A stretch of DNA of 64,000 bases from Oceanococcus sp. (lineage in GTDB: Bacteria; Pseudomonadota; Gammaproteobacteria; Nevskiales; Oceanococcaceae), in assembly GCA_051252075.1 (NCBI GenBank), contig JBPOFU010000002.1, positions 497 to 64,496 of the forward strand, written 5' to 3'. A model generated the notes under the pieces. That model searched no databases, was not told the origin of the DNA, and saw only the letters and a program-made list of their open reading frames with translations. The translations under genes were made by a program, and so were the position numbers. Shown here one piece after another: positions 63,152 through 64,000 of this stretch (position 1 is its first letter; every line of letters begins with the position of its first letter).

Positions 63152-64000
63152 ATGGCTGCAAAAAAGAAGTTAAAGGACATTAAGTCCAAAATTGACGAGC
63201 TTCGTCACGTCGTCACCAGTGGTTTCGAAAAGCTCGTTGAACACGAACTGAACGGACTCAAAAATCACTACACGGAATTGCAAAAAAGCCTGAAGGCCGC
63301 AAGCAAAGCTGGCAGTGTAAAGGGTGCAGCGAAAGCGCAGCTGGAAGCGATGCAGTCAGCAATGGATCGTATTCTGGATAATCTGAAAGAGACTGCCGAC
63401 ATCATTGGCGACACCCGCGATGAAATTTCCAAGCTCACCGGAAAAGCGGTGAAAGCCGCAAAAGCGGCTCCAGCGAAGAAAGCCGCCCCGGCCAAAAAGC
63501 CTGCTCCCGCAAAAGCAGCCGCTAAAAAAGCCAGCACAACAACGAAGAAAGTCGCAGCGAAAGCAAAACCCGCCGCCGCTGCCGCGAAGAAAAAGGCCTC
63601 AGCTGCAGCCAGCACTGCGAAGAAACGCGCAAGCACAACGGCAAAAAAAGCCACCACCAGCGCACGTAAAACCAGCACAGCCGTGAAGAAGAAGGCCAGC
63701 ACCACAGCGAAGAAAACGGCAACTGCAGCAAAACCTGCAGCCAAAGCCGCGTCCACGCGCACCAGTGCAGCAGCCAAGAAAGCAACAACAACGGCTCGTA
63801 AGACAGCCACTCGCGCTACAACGGCGGCTAAAAAATCCACGACAGCGGCCACCACCGCAGCGAAGAAAACCACCGCGGCGGCTAAAACCACTGCGGCTAG
63901 TGCGCGTAAGTCAGTGGCGTCTCGGGCACAAGCTGCCACCTCCAGAGCGAAGGCTGCGACCAGTCAAGCGAAGACAACGACGCCTAGCAAAAAAACCAGC
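63152..64000 (+). CDS. Histone H1-like protein: ~100-aa helical N-domain plus Lys/Ala/Thr/Pro-rich tail (runs off window end)
   Basis: Manual translation after GGGGA RBS: MAAKKKLKDIKSKIDELRHVVTSGFEKL...KLTGKAVKAAKAAPAKKAAPAKKPAPAKAAAKKASTTTKK..., open for 283 codons to 64000. Missing from the ORF track, which shows only its antisense shadow. Confidence 0.88.
   Translation, partial: MAAKKKLKDIKSKIDELRHVVTSGFEKLVEHELNGLKNHYTELQKSLKAASKAGSVKGAAKAQLEAMQSAMDRILDNLKETADIIGDTRDEISKLTGKAVKAAKAAPAKKAAPAKKPAPAKAAAKKASTTTKKVAAKAKPAAAAAKKKASAAASTAKKRASTTAKKATTSARKTSTAVKKKASTTAKKTATAAKPAAKAASTRTSAAAKKATTTARKTATRATTAAKKSTTAATTAAKKTTAAAKTTAASARKSVASRAQAATSRAKAATSQAKTTTPSKKTS

Noticed and set aside
63268-63939. 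223-aa Ala/Val/Phe-rich minus-strand ORF
   Set aside because: Antisense shadow of the Lys/Ala/Thr-rich plus-strand gene (AAA/AAG codons read as Phe/Leu).

Overview
This is a 64-kb chromosomal backbone segment of a Gammaproteobacterium with moderately high GC by eye. Gene order and the Asp-box/GlyGly-CTERM surface protein suggest a Nevskiales-like marine lineage, which is inference only. In order: secA (5' part), M23 peptidase, DciA/DUF721, and a complete dcw cluster on the minus strand (mraZ-rsmH-ftsL-ftsI-murE-murF-mraY-murD-ftsW-murG-murC-murB-ddl-ftsQ-ftsA-ftsZ-lpxC). Next come DUF1801, an LpxL-like acyltransferase, tRNA-Ser(GCT) with a 169-bp RtT-like duplicated unit, csrA, lysC, alaS, recX, recA, a degenerate pncC/cinA, mutS and cysC. 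These are followed by a 10-gene split Mrp Na+/H+ antiporter operon, a Popeye-like cNMP-binding membrane protein, dnaQ, rnhA, a methyltransferase, gloB and mltD. The main accessory block is a 9-gene envelope machine (three TPR proteins, a small secreted protein, ExbB, two ExbD, a TonB-C protein) resembling the Agl-Glt 'core' of myxobacterial gliding motors, in which one ExbD natively has Asn at the proton-conducting Asp position. The window ends with a ~1030-aa surface protein (Asp-box propeller, FN3, PKD, GlyGly-CTERM), an ECF sigma/DUF3379 pair, fadA, fadB and a truncated histone-H1-like Lys/Ala/Thr-rich ORF absent from the ORF track. No CRISPR array, integrase or transposase was seen. A previously unannotated ~52-59-bp palindromic repeat occurs twice between convergent genes. 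All family assignments are by motif recognition; no searches were run.
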